A stretch of DNA of 63,989 nucleotides, filler included, from Diploschistes diacapsis (GCA_023645945.1; 4 parts of 4 records of this genome joined end to end with filler, not necessarily neighbours in it), one strand, 5' to 3'. Shown: positions 23,685 through 36,877, numbered from the whole stretch's first letter. The notes: a model not told the origin generated them from the sequence alone. Made by a program: numbers and translations.

Positions 23685-23799
23685 TCAGAGTCATGGTTCT
23701 CAGGCCATGAGCTCCAGAGCATGTTTCAGACCAACCACAAGACAAAAAAAAACCTGAAGGCTTTTGGGAAGGGTCCAAAGTAGTGATGGATAATCGTCG

Positions 23800-24200
23800 A
23801 CAAGATAATTACCTGTCTAGAATAATGATAATAATAATATTAAGTACCTTCGCACTATACATAAGTTAACTTATTCCGACCGTTAACTTAGCGCTGAGTC
23901 ATAGTATTACCGGAAAAGAATAACACCGTATTTTTAAAATGTTTTTTAAAACTTTTATGTCTCTTTATTCGAATTTTAATGTGCATTTGCGTATAATAGT
24001 AAAAACAAAGCTATTGTATTGTTAGAATAAATAAATCACGCTGAATTCAGTGGTTTCCTCGCCTTTTAAAGCAACGTGGATATCAAAAGAATGATAGAAT
24101 CGTAACAATAAAAGGCCCGCAAAAAGGGGGTGAAATGTATTAAAAGATAAATATAAATAACGGTCCGAATAACGGCTGCTGCTTAACCTGGTATCAGACG
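23800..24200. repeat. AT-rich degenerate repeat relic with short inverted arms
   Basis: Strongly AT/TA-rich. ttattccgaccgtta (23871-23885) matches the reverse complement of 24158-24172 at 14/15. Confidence 0.35.
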
Positions 24201-25100
24201 AAACTATACACTAATCATCCACGAACCTGAGAAGCGTGTCAATACAAATCGCCAAATGCTGAGACATACGAATGTTGTTCCGAGTTCTTGGGCCAGTCGC
24301 ACCTTCTAAAGTAGAAACGTTATCTAGTTTATCTAGTTTAAATATAGCAGATTTGGTAGTAGATGCTGCGCGAGTACTCATCATGAGCCATTAGCTTCAT
24401 AAGCTTCGTTATACTAAACTGCACGATGCACCGCAGCGAGAGATCGTGTAATCACACTCCCTATGCTTCAGAACTTCATTGACTCTTTAAATTTTTTCTT
24501 TTTCTCACTTCCTGGCTCTATACTTTTCTTTAACATAGATACCCCCCGTACGCGAGCAGTTGAGCATCAGTTTTGGCGGAGGCCTGTTGCCCCAAACGGG
24601 TGCGACCAAAAAGGGCATAAGCGAGGCTTGGCAGTAGAACTACGCCGACCACACGCCGCCGCCAGTTCTCCTTCTATCTCTACGTAACCTGTTCTCGACA
24701 CTTCCCAGTTCCCTCATCCCACAGTCCTTTAAGCTCCTTCATCGACCCTCCTTTGCTCTTTCCTCAGTCTGTGGCAGCTCCCCTCCGCACTCTCGACGAG
24801 GGCAGGTCTGCGTTCATTTGCACTTGTCCCTGTTCTTGTCCATATTACCCTCCGAGCCATTACCACTTCACTCTCACCGTAATCCTTTTGGACAGACCGC
24901 CATAGTCGCCACTTGATCTTGTTCAACTGGATTCACAAATCACTTCAGCTCTTCTTCCGTCCCACTCGCTCCCTGATAACGAGAACCTGATTCTTGCGGA
25001 GCCGAGGCTCTTCCCGTTATCAAGCCAACTACAACAACAGTGATTATTAGTTATCCTTCATTTACGATAAACGAGATTTGCTCATCTTAGGCAACTCAAG

Positions 25101-28100
25101 ATGGATCAGCAGGGGCAAGGAGGCATCCCAGGCCCAGCAGGGCGGAGGCTGCACATTGCTCACCGTAGGAGCCCATCAGAAATGACTCCGATGATTAGTA
25201 CGTCCCCTTTACGCCTTCTCTTTCCATATTAACTAGCATCGGTCGTTCCGTACATCTCATAATCATCATCAAAGACTGATCCTTCTCTCGCAGTGGAGCA
25301 GCTAGCTTTACAGCAACAGATCGAGCTTCTGCAGCAGCAACAACAGCAAATCGCTGCCACTCACCAACAATATGTCAATATGGGCATGATCCCACAGCAA
25401 CAACAGCTTCCGACAGTCAATTTCCAGGCCGCCCAAGGTCAGACTCTTAGTGTTCCGCAGTTCCAATTTCCACAACAGCTTCAACAGCAACAAGGTATAG
25501 GTATACCTATGGGAGCACCCACACAACCGTCCTCACATCGCCGTAATCAGTCGGCTTTACCCAACATGGGCATGGGTCCTCCTCCCGCCCCATCCTCGGG
25601 CGCTGCAGGATCTACCGTGGACTTCAACTCGTCCAACAATCAGAACCGGGATGGAAACTCTCACCGTGGTGGCAGAGGTGGTGGGGCGGCGGGCAGCGGC
25701 CACCAGCGTCGTCACTCCCTTGCTCTTCCCGAAGCTAAGAAAGCGGCTGAACTTGCACAACAGAAGCGAACAACATCTGGGTTCCAATTTCCTGTACCCG
25801 GGGCCGGTGGGGCGTCACCTTCATCAGCGAACAGATCCGCTAGCCCCGGTGATACTGATGACAAGTCGGCCCAGGCACAACAGGGTGGTCTGACCGTCCG
25901 TTCTGGAAACCGCGGAGGCGCTAGTAGCCATGGTAGGAGCCAAAGCATGGCCGTCGGTCGTGGCGGCGGTCATGGTCGGGGGTCTGGTAATTTCCAGTTT
26001 CCTCCACCGATGGCTACCAACGACGGCGGTGCCTCCGCGGCCAACAACTCCGACATGCAAAAGCGTGGCAGCATCGGCGGCGGCCACGGCCGCTCTTCCT
26101 CGAGGAACTTTGAGGGAAATTGGAGGCAGCAGGGGAACGGGCAGATCCAGGCCCAAGAGCAACAGCAGCAGCCTATGGGCAGCTTCAGTTCGAATCCGAA
26201 CCCGCAAGCCGCTAGCTTTCAACCCGGACATCGTGTTGGGCGGTCAATGAACCAATCTGTTGGCTCTCTATCTGGTTTCCAATTTCCAGGGCAACCTCAA
26301 TTCCTCCAGGGCGGAATGATGCTTCCACAGCAAATGTTTGCCGGGCAGCAGCTGAATCCCATGCAACTCAATCAGTTGCAGGCACTCCAGGCTGCTCAGC
26401 TAAGTGGCCAATTTGGTGGTCTGGGAGCTAGCCAGCATGCTCAACCTCAGATGTCCGTTCAACAGCAACAGCAACAGCAGCGAAAGACCTTATTCACACC
26501 ATATCTTCCTCAAGCCAGCTTACCCGCACTGCTGGCTGACGGCCAGCTTGTTTCCGGCATCCTGCGGGTCAATAAGAAAAACCGCAGCGATGCTTATGTC
26601 ACTTCGACTGACCTTGAAGCCGACATCTTCATCTGCGGGTCAAAGGACCGTAACAGGGCCCTTGAAGGTGATCTAGTGGCTGTTGAGCTACTCGACGTTG
26701 ATGAAGTATGGTCTCAAAAGCGAGAAAAGGAAGAAAAGAAGAAACGAAAAGACATTACCGACACAAGGATTGGCGGTAGTTCCAGCAATGATAGATCTAG
26801 CAAAGAAGGGACTTCGCAAAGCGATACTCAAACCACCGGCGAAGGTGGACTTCGACGACGTGGTAGCTTGAGACAGAGACCCACTCAGAAAAAGAACGAT
26901 GACGTTGAAGTTGAAGGTCAAAGCCTGTTGTTAATGGAGGAAGAAGAAATCAACGACGAACAGAAACCGCTCTATGCAGGCCACGTTGTTGCCGTTGTCG
27001 ACCGCATCCCTGGTCAAATGTTTTCTGGAACGCTTGGGCTTCTCCGTCCAAGCAGCCAGGCCACGAAGGACAAGCAAGAAGCCGAGAGGGGGAGCCGCGA
27101 CGGCAACAACCATGGACGCCATCAGGACAGGCAACAAGAAAAGCCCAAGATCGTTTGGTTTAAACCAACCGATAAGCGCGTTCCTCTTATTGCCATTCCC
27201 ACCGAACAGGCCCCGCGCGACTTTGTGGAGCGCCACCAAGACTATGCCAACCGCATTTTTGTGGCGTGCATCAAGCGCTGGCCAATTACTTCCCTTCATC
27301 CCTTTGGCACTCTCGTTGAAAACCTTGGAGAAATGGGCGTGGAGAAGGTTGAGACTGATGCTCTTCTGCGAGATAACAACTTCGGTGCTGATGAGTTCTC
27401 CGATGCCGTGCTCAAGAGCATTGGTCTAGAGGAATGGTCTGTTTCCACCGAAAGCGAAGAAGCAGTTTCCGCTCGCCGTGACCTTCGCGAGGAAACCACC
27501 TTCACCATCGATCCAACAGGCACCGAAGACCTCAACGATGCCATCCACGTCAAGGATCTGGGCAATGCCGTTGTTGAAGTCGGAATCCATGTTGCTGATG
27601 CTGCGCACTTCATCAAGCCCAACTCCCTCGTTGACCGTGAGGCTAAGAAGAGGGGTACTGGTGTCTTCCTCATGAAGCGCGTAGTCAATATGTTGCCACC
27701 TAAGCTGGCTGCGGATATTTGCTCTCTCCTCCCCGGCCAAGCTCGTTTCACTGTCAGCGTTATTTTCCATGTTGATAGCCGAACCGGCAATGTTCTGGAG
27801 GACAAGACCTGGATCGGCAAGTCGATTATCAATAGCTCTGGGAAATTAACCTACGACGATGTCGATGCGGTGACGCGTGGTGATGATAATGTAGGGTTAG
27901 AGGGTGCGACGGTCGAGCATATTAAGATTCTACAAGTAAGTTTGCCTATCGTGCCTATCGACTCCCCTTTGATGTATTACGCAGACCATTGCTCAGAAAT
28001 TCCGCGAGGTGCGGTACGGCTCGACGCGGGAGAAAATCCCTTCTTTGCGCTTGCTCTACCAGCTCGACGACGAGAATGTTCCTGTCGAGCACAACATCTT

Positions 28101-29451
28101 CGACTCTACTCCCGCACATGAGATTATCGAGGAGCTTAGCTACAAAGCAAACGCCTTTGTTGCCCAAAAGATTTTCGATGCGTTTCCCGAAAAAGCTCTA
28201 CTTCGTCGTCACGCTGCCCCAAAGACTAGTCGGCTTCAGACATTCGGCGAGCGCATGACACATGTAGGATACGACATCGATACAACGAGTAGCCAAACTT
28301 TACAGAACAGCTTGTTCAAGGTTGAAGATGCTGACATGCGCAAGGTATGTGCCTAGTGCTGTTGTGTGAGGTACTTTGTTAACGAATCAGGGCATGGAAA
28401 CACTTCTCGTCAAGACCATGACCAGGGCCAAATACGTTGTGGCTGGCAAGATTCGTCCCGACCAGCTGACTCACTTCGCACTGAACTTACCAATTTACAC
28501 TCACTTCACTAACCCGTCGCGTCGCTATGCAGATATTGTTGTTCACCGCCAGCTGGAAGCAGCGCTCGCTGGCTCCGACTATGCAGAGGACATGGAAACT
28601 CTGGTGAAGACTACCGATCAATGTAATACGAAGAAGGACTCTGCCCAGAGCGCGCAGGAGCAAAGCGTGCACATCGAGTCCTGCCGTGAGATGGACAAGA
28701 AACGCGTTCAAGCCGGCGGTGACCTCATCAGCGAGGGTATCGTCATTTGTGTCTACGAATCCGCCTTCGATGTGCTAATTCCGGAATACGGTTTCGAGAA
28801 GCGTGTCCACTGCGACCAGCTACCGCTCAAGAAGGCAGAGTTCCGCAAGGAATCGCGTGTACTAGAGCTTTACTGGGAGAAAGGTGTCGCTTCTTCCGGA
28901 TACGTACCAGAAGATGAACGTTCGAAAGGTAGCTCCCGCTCCCACGGAGGTAATAGTGCAACGACGCACCACGCCAAGGAGGCGCATGATACCCAAAACA
29001 AGCAGATGGACACCGGTACCATGTCGGCCGAGGATGTCGATGCTCTATTCGACGAGGATGACGATGCTGCGTCAGAACTTACTGAGATGACCGCTGGCGT
29101 CTCCCTCAGCACCGGCGACCGTGACACGCAGAGCATGCCTCAATCACCGACCCGAGGCTCACCAGCCACGGACCTTCATCGGACGCAGTCGGAGTCCAAG
29201 CTCGTCGGCGGACCCACGCCAGAGACCAAGCTGAGCGACAAGGAGAGGTTGCTGAAGATGTTCAAGCTACGCGAAGAGGGAGGAGAATACATCCAGGACG
29301 TTACAGAGATGACGCGGGTGCCGATCATCCTCAAGACCGATCTCACCAAAAGCCCCCCGTAAGTCTTTGCATGTTGCACTTGTTTATAGCCATTATTGAC
29401 AACTGATGCAGCTGCCTGACCATCCGTTCCGTCAACCCGTATGCTTTGTGA
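25101..29451 (+). CDS. SSD1: RNA-binding RNB-family pseudonuclease Ssd1/Gul-1/Sts5
   Basis: Exon 1 MDQQ...RRLHIAHRRSPSE. Multiple HxRxxS NDR-kinase sites, KTLFTPYLPQA, CSD motif DIFICGSKDRNRALEGD, RNB YTHFTNPSRRYAD, and last exon CLTIRSVNPYAL*. Confidence 0.95.
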
Positions 29452-29990
29452 AAAAGAGCAATGATGAGGGGAAGTTTAGGTGCTTGAAGACTTGAAACCA
29501 AAGCAAGTGAGCGACGCATACCCGCAGAAAAATGCACAGTAAACAGGCGGATCACGTGCGGAGGAGTGCGGCAGTGCTCTATTACACCTTGCTCCTGGCT
29601 TTCGCCTCTTGGAGGCCCTGTATGGGGAGTGTGAGAGTAGCAGGATGTAAGCGGCGGGGAGCACCTTTTAGTTGTGATAGAGTGATAATTAGATTGTCGA
29701 TAATTGTATGCTCCGTAATGTCACTGTACCACTGAGATTGAAGTTCCATCAGGTGCATGCTACCTCTGGTAGGCATCACAAACTAATAACTGCTCACATG
29801 TTGTGGGCGGGGTGGGTAATACAACTAACTGTCTGGAAGTCTGGAAGTTATGGGGACCGTGTGGGCTGTGGCGACGACAAGGGAGCCAAGATTTCTCCCC
29901 GGCTCATCCGCCGTAAAGTAAGGTTTGGGCGAAGATAAGCTTATTTCTTCGGTGGCTTTGCAATCTCGGTGTCGGGTTGTTCGGGTACGA

Positions 29991-30018
29991 AAAACATACA
30001 AAACATACAAAACATACA
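29991..30018 (+). repeat. (AAAACATAC)3 minisatellite
   Basis: aaaacatacaaaacatacaaaacataca read directly from the sequence. Confidence 0.75.
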
Positions 30019-30650
30019 AGAAAGGATTCCATTTGGTAGCGAGCAATTGCCAAGGATTACAAGGCACTTTTCTCATACTTTTGGGTTTTCACTATTGCAT
30101 CGACTTTTGACTTTGCGCTGGTGTCGGTGTACTAATATGGGGTGTGTAATATATATATATATATATACATGGCTACAAGCCTTGCTTGGAGAGGGCGTTC
30201 TAAGGAGAAATTCCGTCATGTGATTTGTCGGCCTCTGGGTTTGGAATACGGCCAGACGGCTGGTGGAAGAGTAAAGAAATTGAAATTTTTGGTGAAGGAA
30301 GCGGGGCGGTTAGTAAGATCAACGTCAACGCCAACCCCACCCCCACCTTTCAACGCCACCTCAGACAAGAACTTGTGGGGAAGTTATTTACAACGCAAAA
30401 AAGGTATCAATTCGGGTCCTTTGGTCCAATCAAAGTCCTCACAATGTAATCCGCTAGACTCTGTGCGGTAAAGCATGATGAAGTCATGAAAAGAGTAAGA
30501 GCAAAGGAGATTGTGTGCTACTGTGCTACCTAGGTGTATATATATACATATATTATATATCTTTGTATATTGCCCCTCGTCGCTTTTTGGCTTCTTCATC
30601 CTCCCGTCTCTCACATCACATCACCCTATCCATAACCACAACCATACTCA

Positions 30651-32462
30651 ATGAGCTTCATCGACACCTTCTCTTCTATTCACTCTACAATGTCTTCTAC
30701 TCAGGGGCACAAAGAGTCCAACGGCCATACCGTTGACAAGCACCCCTCCAATCAGTTCAGAGACTACCAGGACGACCGAACCGCAAAGTCGCAGGACACT
30801 CTGTACACAACCAGCAATGGCGTCCCGATGCCACATCCCTACGAGACCCAGCGGGTTGGAGAGAACGGACCTCTTCTGCTCCAGGACTTTCATCTGATCG
30901 ACCTCCTCTCTCACTTCGACCGAGAGAGGATTCCGGAGCGTGTCGTCCACGCCAAGGGCAGCGGTGCCCACGGCTACTTCAAGTGCACCAAGCCCATACC
31001 AGACCTCTGCCTCTCCGATATTTTCAGTGAGGAAGGAAAGACATGTCCTATCACAATCCGCTTCTCGACCGTTGGTGGCGAGTCCGGCTCTCACGATTGC
31101 GCTCGGGACCCTCGCGGTTTCTCCATCAAGCTCAAGACCGACGAGGGCAACTGGGACATTGTCGCCAACAACACGCCGGTCTTCTTCTTGCGGGACCCCG
31201 CGAAGTTCCCACACTTTATCCACACCCAGAAACGTCACCCGGCCACCCATCTCAGCTCCGCCGATGACTCGACCATGTTCTGGGACTATCTCTCGCAGAA
31301 TCCCGAGGCCGTCCACCAGGTCCTGATCCTCATGGGCGACCGAGGCATTCCCGACGGCTACCGTTTCATGCACGGTTACTACGGGCACACCATGAAGCTG
31401 GTGAACAAGGAGGGGGAATGGGTCTACACCCAAATCCACATGAAGTCCGACCAGGGCACCAAGTTCATCACCCAGGCGGACTCGCACAACAAGTCGCCGG
31501 ACTACTCTCAGAAGGATCTCTTCTATGCGATCGAGAAGGGCGATTACCCGTCGTGGACCATGAAGATCCAGACGATGACTGCCAAGGAGGCCGAGGAGCT
31601 GTGGGAGAAGCAGAGGATCAACATCTTCGACCTGACCCACGTCTGGCCTCAAGGGCAGTTCCCTCTTCGCGAGGTCGGCAAGCTTGTGCTCAACGAGAAT
31701 GCCGCCAACTACTTTGCCGAGATCGAACAGGTCACCTTCAACCCATCCCACCTCATCCCCGGCATCGAGCCATCTGCCGACCCCGTCCTGCAGAGTCGTC
31801 TCTTTTCCTACCCCGACACCCACCGCCACCGCGTCGGCGTAAACTACAGCCAGCTGCCCGTCAATGCTCCGCGGACCAAGTACCGGATGGCCAACTTCCA
31901 GCGCGACGGCTCAATGTCCTTCTACAACCAGGGCTCTCGGCCCAACTACCTCTCGTCCATCGAGCCGATCAAGTTCCGCGAGCGAAGCGTCGACCTCGAC
32001 AAGACGCACGGTCATTTCATCGGCAATGCCGTGACGTTCCTGTCCGAGATCCGTCCAGAGGACTTCAACGCACCACGCGCCCTGTGGGAGAAGGTGTGGG
32101 ACGACGGCGCAAGGTCGCGCTTCATCGAGAACGTCTCTGGACACATGTCCACCTGCCAGAGCGACGAGATCAAGAAGCGGATGATTGGTATCTTCCGCGA
32201 GGTTTCGGACGACATTGCCACTCGACTGGAGAAGGCCACGGGCGTGAAGGGCTACCCGGGTATCAAGGACTTGAGGTTCAACGGCACCCACAACGGCATG
32301 GCCAGCAAGCCCGAGCTTCACGTCGCCAACGGAATGACGGCCAAGGTTGGCTTCAGCGGCGGACACAGCAATGGGGCGCCAAAGGCCGGCACCCACAAGG
32401 ATGGGACTCTCGCGGGCCAGTCTGGCCATCAGAATGGAGAGGCGGAGGGCGTCAAGACATAG
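30651..32462 (+). CDS. Monofunctional small-subunit heme catalase (start may be the ATG at 30690)
   Basis: FDRERIPERVVHAKGSGA active-site signature and RLFSYPDTH heme-ligand signature. Intronless. Confidence 0.95.
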   Translation: MSFIDTFSSIHSTMSSTQGHKESNGHTVDKHPSNQFRDYQDDRTAKSQDTLYTTSNGVPMPHPYETQRVGENGPLLLQDFHLIDLLSHFDRERIPERVVHAKGSGAHGYFKCTKPIPDLCLSDIFSEEGKTCPITIRFSTVGGESGSHDCARDPRGFSIKLKTDEGNWDIVANNTPVFFLRDPAKFPHFIHTQKRHPATHLSSADDSTMFWDYLSQNPEAVHQVLILMGDRGIPDGYRFMHGYYGHTMKLVNKEGEWVYTQIHMKSDQGTKFITQADSHNKSPDYSQKDLFYAIEKGDYPSWTMKIQTMTAKEAEELWEKQRINIFDLTHVWPQGQFPLREVGKLVLNENAANYFAEIEQVTFNPSHLIPGIEPSADPVLQSRLFSYPDTHRHRVGVNYSQLPVNAPRTKYRMANFQRDGSMSFYNQGSRPNYLSSIEPIKFRERSVDLDKTHGHFIGNAVTFLSEIRPEDFNAPRALWEKVWDDGARSRFIENVSGHMSTCQSDEIKKRMIGIFREVSDDIATRLEKATGVKGYPGIKDLRFNGTHNGMASKPELHVANGMTAKVGFSGGHSNGAPKAGTHKDGTLAGQSGHQNGEAEGVKT

Positions 32463-32871
32463 ACTGCCGGTAATGACTCCTGTAGATAGTCAAATAGCGT
32501 TTACAATTGAATGATTATGGAATTAATACCTTTAACGCCCGTGGATTGGCGCATCTTGATACGCGCCGAGGGCCGTGCTGTTGCTGTCCCAAATTCTGCA
32601 GCACACACAACTCGGGTATCTTGATTGGATACTCTCTTTCCTTACCCCTCCTTCCCATTGTTGGCCCCATCACCCTGCCGCTGAATGTTAACACACCTGC
32701 AGAAACAATCCACGTTCGGGCACTTATCAACTATCAGCGCACCAGAAGCGCCGCACTAGAAGCGCGAGGACAAAAGTAATCCCACGGGGGAAACTGCAGC
32801 GCAATGGTACTATATACGTAAGCTCGACCCCCTACGTGTTATCCATATATGAAGTATATATATATATATAT

Positions 32872-32971
32872 NNNNNNNNNNNNNNNNNNNNNNNNNNNNN
32901 NNNNNNNNNNNNNNNTTAATTAATTAANNNNNNNNNNNNNNNNNNNNNNNNNNNNNNNNNNNNNNNNNNNN
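32872..32971. other. Artificial scaffold gap linker, preceded by (TA)n and followed by a purine-only tract
   Basis: N-run with TTAATTAATTAA and low-complexity flanks. Confidence 0.95.
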
Positions 32972-33257
32972 GGGAAAGGGGAAGGCGAAGGGGGGAAAAG
33001 AATGGGAGGGAGAGGAAGAAAAGAGAGAGAAGAGAAAAGAAAGGGGGAGGAGAAAAGGAAGAAAGGGAAGAGGGGGCAGAGAAGGAGATGGGAAAATGCT
33101 TAGAATGAAGAAGAGAAGGAGAAGAAGAGACGGGCAAAGAGGTTCTTATATAGAATGAGCTCACATGCTAGGTTAGTAACGTTGCTATGGTTTACTGACT
33201 ATCACGGGTAACGAGCATTGTCATCACTATACTGGTTGTGTGCTGCCAGAGCTGGGT

Positions 33258-33570
33258 GGAAGGCACATAGTTTCCTATTCCAACAGCATAGAGAGAGTTG
33301 AGGAAGTAGGACCTGTATCTACAAGCAATGGCGAGCATGCAGTGGTTGAGGGTGCCTGCAAGTGATGTGCTACTTGGGGGCTTTAGCGGAAGGCACGTAG
33401 CTTCCTGCTCCAACGGCATAGAGAGGCTCGGAAATGCTTTTGAGAGCAATGACGAGCATGGTCGAGGGTACTTGGTAGTTGTGGAAGCTTCGGCGGAAGT
33501 TACATAGCTTTCTACTTTAAGATTCGGAGAGTCCTATAGGTACTTGCTATGTAGGACTTGTATCTACGTT
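33258..33570 (+). repeat. Degenerate ~110-130-bp tandem repeat (3 partial copies)
   Basis: ggaaggcacatagtttcctattccaacagcatagagag (33258) matches ggaaggcacgtagcttcctgctccaacggcatagagag (33388). A third, decayed copy starts at 33495. Confidence 0.7.
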
Positions 33571-33863
33571 ACAAGCAATGATGAGTGAGCGCTGTTATTG
33601 AAGGTAGTTACTCATCTTGTGACTTCTTAAAGTTTTCCTGTTGCCTCTTCAACTCAAGTGCTCCGACCCACTTTCGAAACCAAGGCAAGATGATTCGCTC
33701 TTGTGTATGCAAGGGTAGACTGCCTCTTTCTGTCCGAACCAGCTCTACTCGAAGAGTTCAAGGAATACACGTCTGTTGCTTCAGGACCAGTACCTTCCAA
33801 CACTTAGATAAGAACCAAGCCGCCGATCTTCAAGAGCTCCTTCCCAAGGTGCTGGCATAGAAA

Positions 33864-34895
33864 ATGGCAGATCATCCGGATGCTCACCTCTATGGCGCAC
33901 CGCGTCCCAAACGAAAACCGATTGCAACTTCCACATCTCATTCATTCGCCTCCTCCCTGAACTCGCTACTTTCAGCGGCATCATCCAAAGCTTCCGCGAC
34001 AACGGCCGCCCGCTCACGGCCCCCAAAGAATGGGAAAGACGACATCTTCTCAACGCATAATAAAGGCGCCAAGAAGCGCGCTGCAGCTGACTTGGCAGAC
34101 AGAGATGACTTTACTGGACAAAAGCACAAGACTGACATCGGCATGATTGACCACGATACTTTACACCGATCGAAGCGCAAATTGGAGGAGAAAGCTCGGC
34201 TCTACGCGGCCATGAAGAGAGGAGACTACGTCGCACCTAAACATGGGCTCAACGATGAAGAACCAGGGGGCCTTGTGGACTTTGACCGCAAATGGGCAGA
34301 GGAACAGGCCGCTGGAAAGGACGCCAACTACGATACATCAAGCGACGACGGGGACGATAGCGAAAAGGAAAGGGTTGAATACACGGACGAGTTCGGTCGC
34401 ACGAGGCGTGGAACTCGCGCGGAAGTGGCCCGAGCGACGAGACAACAGCGCGCAGCTGCGAATGCCGAGAGGGAGCTGGAGGAGTTGAGCGCCAGGCCTG
34501 CGATGCCTGCAGGTGTCATATTCGGGGACACTGTGCAGAGTGCGGCGTTTAACCCCGATGACCAGGCAGCTTCGGCTATAGCGAATCTGGCTGCGAAGAG
34601 GGATCGCAGCGCGACCCCGCCGGAAGAGGTGCACTACGACGCGAGCAAAGAGGTGAGGAGCAAGGGCGTTGGCTTCTACCAGTTTAGCAAGGACAAAGAA
34701 GGTCGGGACCGGGAGATGCGGGAGTTGGAGAAGGAGCGCGAGGAGACGGTCAAGAGGGAGCAGGAAAGGGAGGAGAGGAAGCAGAAGAAGCTGAAGGAGC
34801 TGGAGGAACGGAGAAGAAAGATCAAGGAGAAGCGCGATGAACGCGAGGTGGATGGTTTCCTAAAGAGCCTCGAAAGCGAGCTCGGAGGCGGCTAA
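33864..34895 (+). CDS. CCDC174-like (DUF4078) coiled-coil protein
   Basis: SKRKLEEKARLYAAMKRG, LVDFDRKW, VEYTDEFGRTR and VHYDASKEVRSKGVGFYQFSKD motifs. Confidence 0.8.
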   Translation: MADHPDAHLYGAPRPKRKPIATSTSHSFASSLNSLLSAASSKASATTAARSRPPKNGKDDIFSTHNKGAKKRAAADLADRDDFTGQKHKTDIGMIDHDTLHRSKRKLEEKARLYAAMKRGDYVAPKHGLNDEEPGGLVDFDRKWAEEQAAGKDANYDTSSDDGDDSEKERVEYTDEFGRTRRGTRAEVARATRQQRAAANAERELEELSARPAMPAGVIFGDTVQSAAFNPDDQAASAIANLAAKRDRSATPPEEVHYDASKEVRSKGVGFYQFSKDKEGRDREMRELEKEREETVKREQEREERKQKKLKELEERRRKIKEKRDEREVDGFLKSLESELGGG

Positions 34896-35526
34896 GTATC
34901 GTATATGCTCTTTATGCTTGGTAGCAAAGACATAACCACGATGCTGCTTGACGATACAGGGAGGAGACAAATATCACGGTATTACATGACTACTTCCAAT
35001 TCCTATTCACAGATACAATGTTACATTTGATCCTCAATCTCTGATAGTTCTTAGCCAATCGTTGGTTGTTACTGTAAGCCTGCAAGGGCCCACCACTCGC
35101 TTGAAGCCCCATACAACGTCATAGCGGCAGAGTCCGCTTATCGGCTTTACTTCCAAACGCAGCTCCTTCGCGAAATCGGCAGTGCTTGACCTCATGGCCC
35201 ATAGCTCAGGAACACGCAGGAAGCTACTTGCCCTTTTCGCTTTTTAGAAACATGCACGATGCGTAGATTGAGACCGCGATTGGCTGCGCGATGCTCATCT
35301 CTCAAATCTCCGTTGACCGACAAGCCCTGAACGCCACCTGCGATTGGCGCAAAAGGGTTCTAGGTAAAGAAAATACTGCATTCTTGGAAGAGCAGACGGT
35401 AATGATGGCATTGGAAAGCTTAGATATAGGCTCCTAGGCCCTTGATCGCAATCATCTTCTTTCCTCACAGATAGTATTTCTGCTGCGGGCTTGCCAATTC
35501 TTACCCTCTCGACACGAAGCAGCAGG

Positions 35527-36661
35527 ATGTATTTCACCAGCGCCTTAATGTGCGCTGCAGCGCTCCTGCCGACAGCCTTCGCTTCTATGCTCGGAAAGCG
35601 ATCGTTGTACGGTGAGAGCACTTTGAACCATACTTGCCAGCTAGGTACGTTACTCGATGACTATCCACCGCTCAAGCTCTAATAGCCACTCATAGTCCCC
35701 CAATATCTCTCCTGCTCCGCAGAAGCCAACCCGGCAACCGTCGACTCCTGCTGCGTCGAGACCTTCGGCGGCCTCATCCTCGCCACGCAGTTCTGGGATA
35801 CTTACACCGGTCTCGAGTCGCAGGGCCAGCTTCTCCCACAAAACAGCTGGACCCTGCATGGCCTGTGGCCCGACGCGTGCAACGGCTCCTATACGCAATA
35901 CTGCGACGTCAAGTAATGCCACAATTTCCACTCCCACCTCCCTCTCCCATCCCTCGTCTCTGCCCCGTTCCTGGCAAAGCTAATTCCCCCTCTTTAGCCG
36001 CCAATACGACCCGCGCCCTTCCCCCAAAACCACCACCGGCCCAAACGGCACCCTGCACGCCGTCCCCCCCTACACGGGGCCCCCCGTATCCACCTTCCTT
36101 GAAACCCTCGGCAAGCTTGACCTCCTCTCCTACATGAACACCTACTGGATCAACCGGGGCTCCCCCAACACTGACTTCTGGGCCCACGAGTTCAGCAAGC
36201 ACGGCACCTGCTACTCGACCTTCGACGTGCCCTGCTACGGCCCCGCATATGTGCCGCACGAGGACGTCGTCGACTTCTTCCAGACGGCCATCGCTTACTA
36301 CATGGGCTTGCCGACGTTCGACTGGCTCGAGGCCGCGGGCATCGTGCCGAGTAACAGCACCACGTACACGCTGAGCCAGGTGCAGGGCGCGCTGCAGGCG
36401 AAGTTCGGCGCCGTGCCCTACGTGGGGTGCTCGGGGCCGCGGTATAATGGCACCGCGACGGGGGGAGGGAACAGCACGGATAGGGGGAACACGGTGATCG
36501 ACGAGGTGTGGTACTATCATTATGTTTATGGCAGGCCGCAGAACGGCAGGGCGGTGCCCGTCGATGCGAGCGTCAATGGCCTGAGCACGTCGTCGTGTGC
36601 GACGAGCGAGGGGGCGTTGCATTATTATGAGAGGACGCCGGGGTCGGAGAGGGTGGTTTGA
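35527..36661 (+). CDS. Secreted ribonuclease T2 (3 exons)
   Basis: Signal peptide MYFTSALMCAAALLPTAFA, DSCCVETFGG, CAS I WTLHGLWPD and CAS II FWAHEFSKHGTC. Confidence 0.92.
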
Positions 36662-36877
36662 TCATGGGAGTGATATGAGACATGTGTTTTTGGGTGTCGA
36701 TCCTAGATATCTGATAGATTTTTCTCTTCAAATATTGTATACAACCAGATACATGGTTTTCGAATATCTGTATCGATGTGACCACGCCTTCATTGAAGGT
36801 ACGTAAGCTTCCGTGCAACTGGGTATGGAATCCCGCTTCCCCTCACAGCTTGGATAGCCTGCACGTAGCATCAATAA

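Noticed and set aside
30648..32473. Long antisense (393 aa) and alternative-frame (351 aa) ORFs over the catalase
   Set aside because: Shadow ORFs expected from high GC3 codon bias; no recognisable motifs.
32972..33140. Purine-only tract and the derived Ser/Phe/Leu-rich minus-strand ORF
   Set aside because: Low-complexity sequence at a contig edge.
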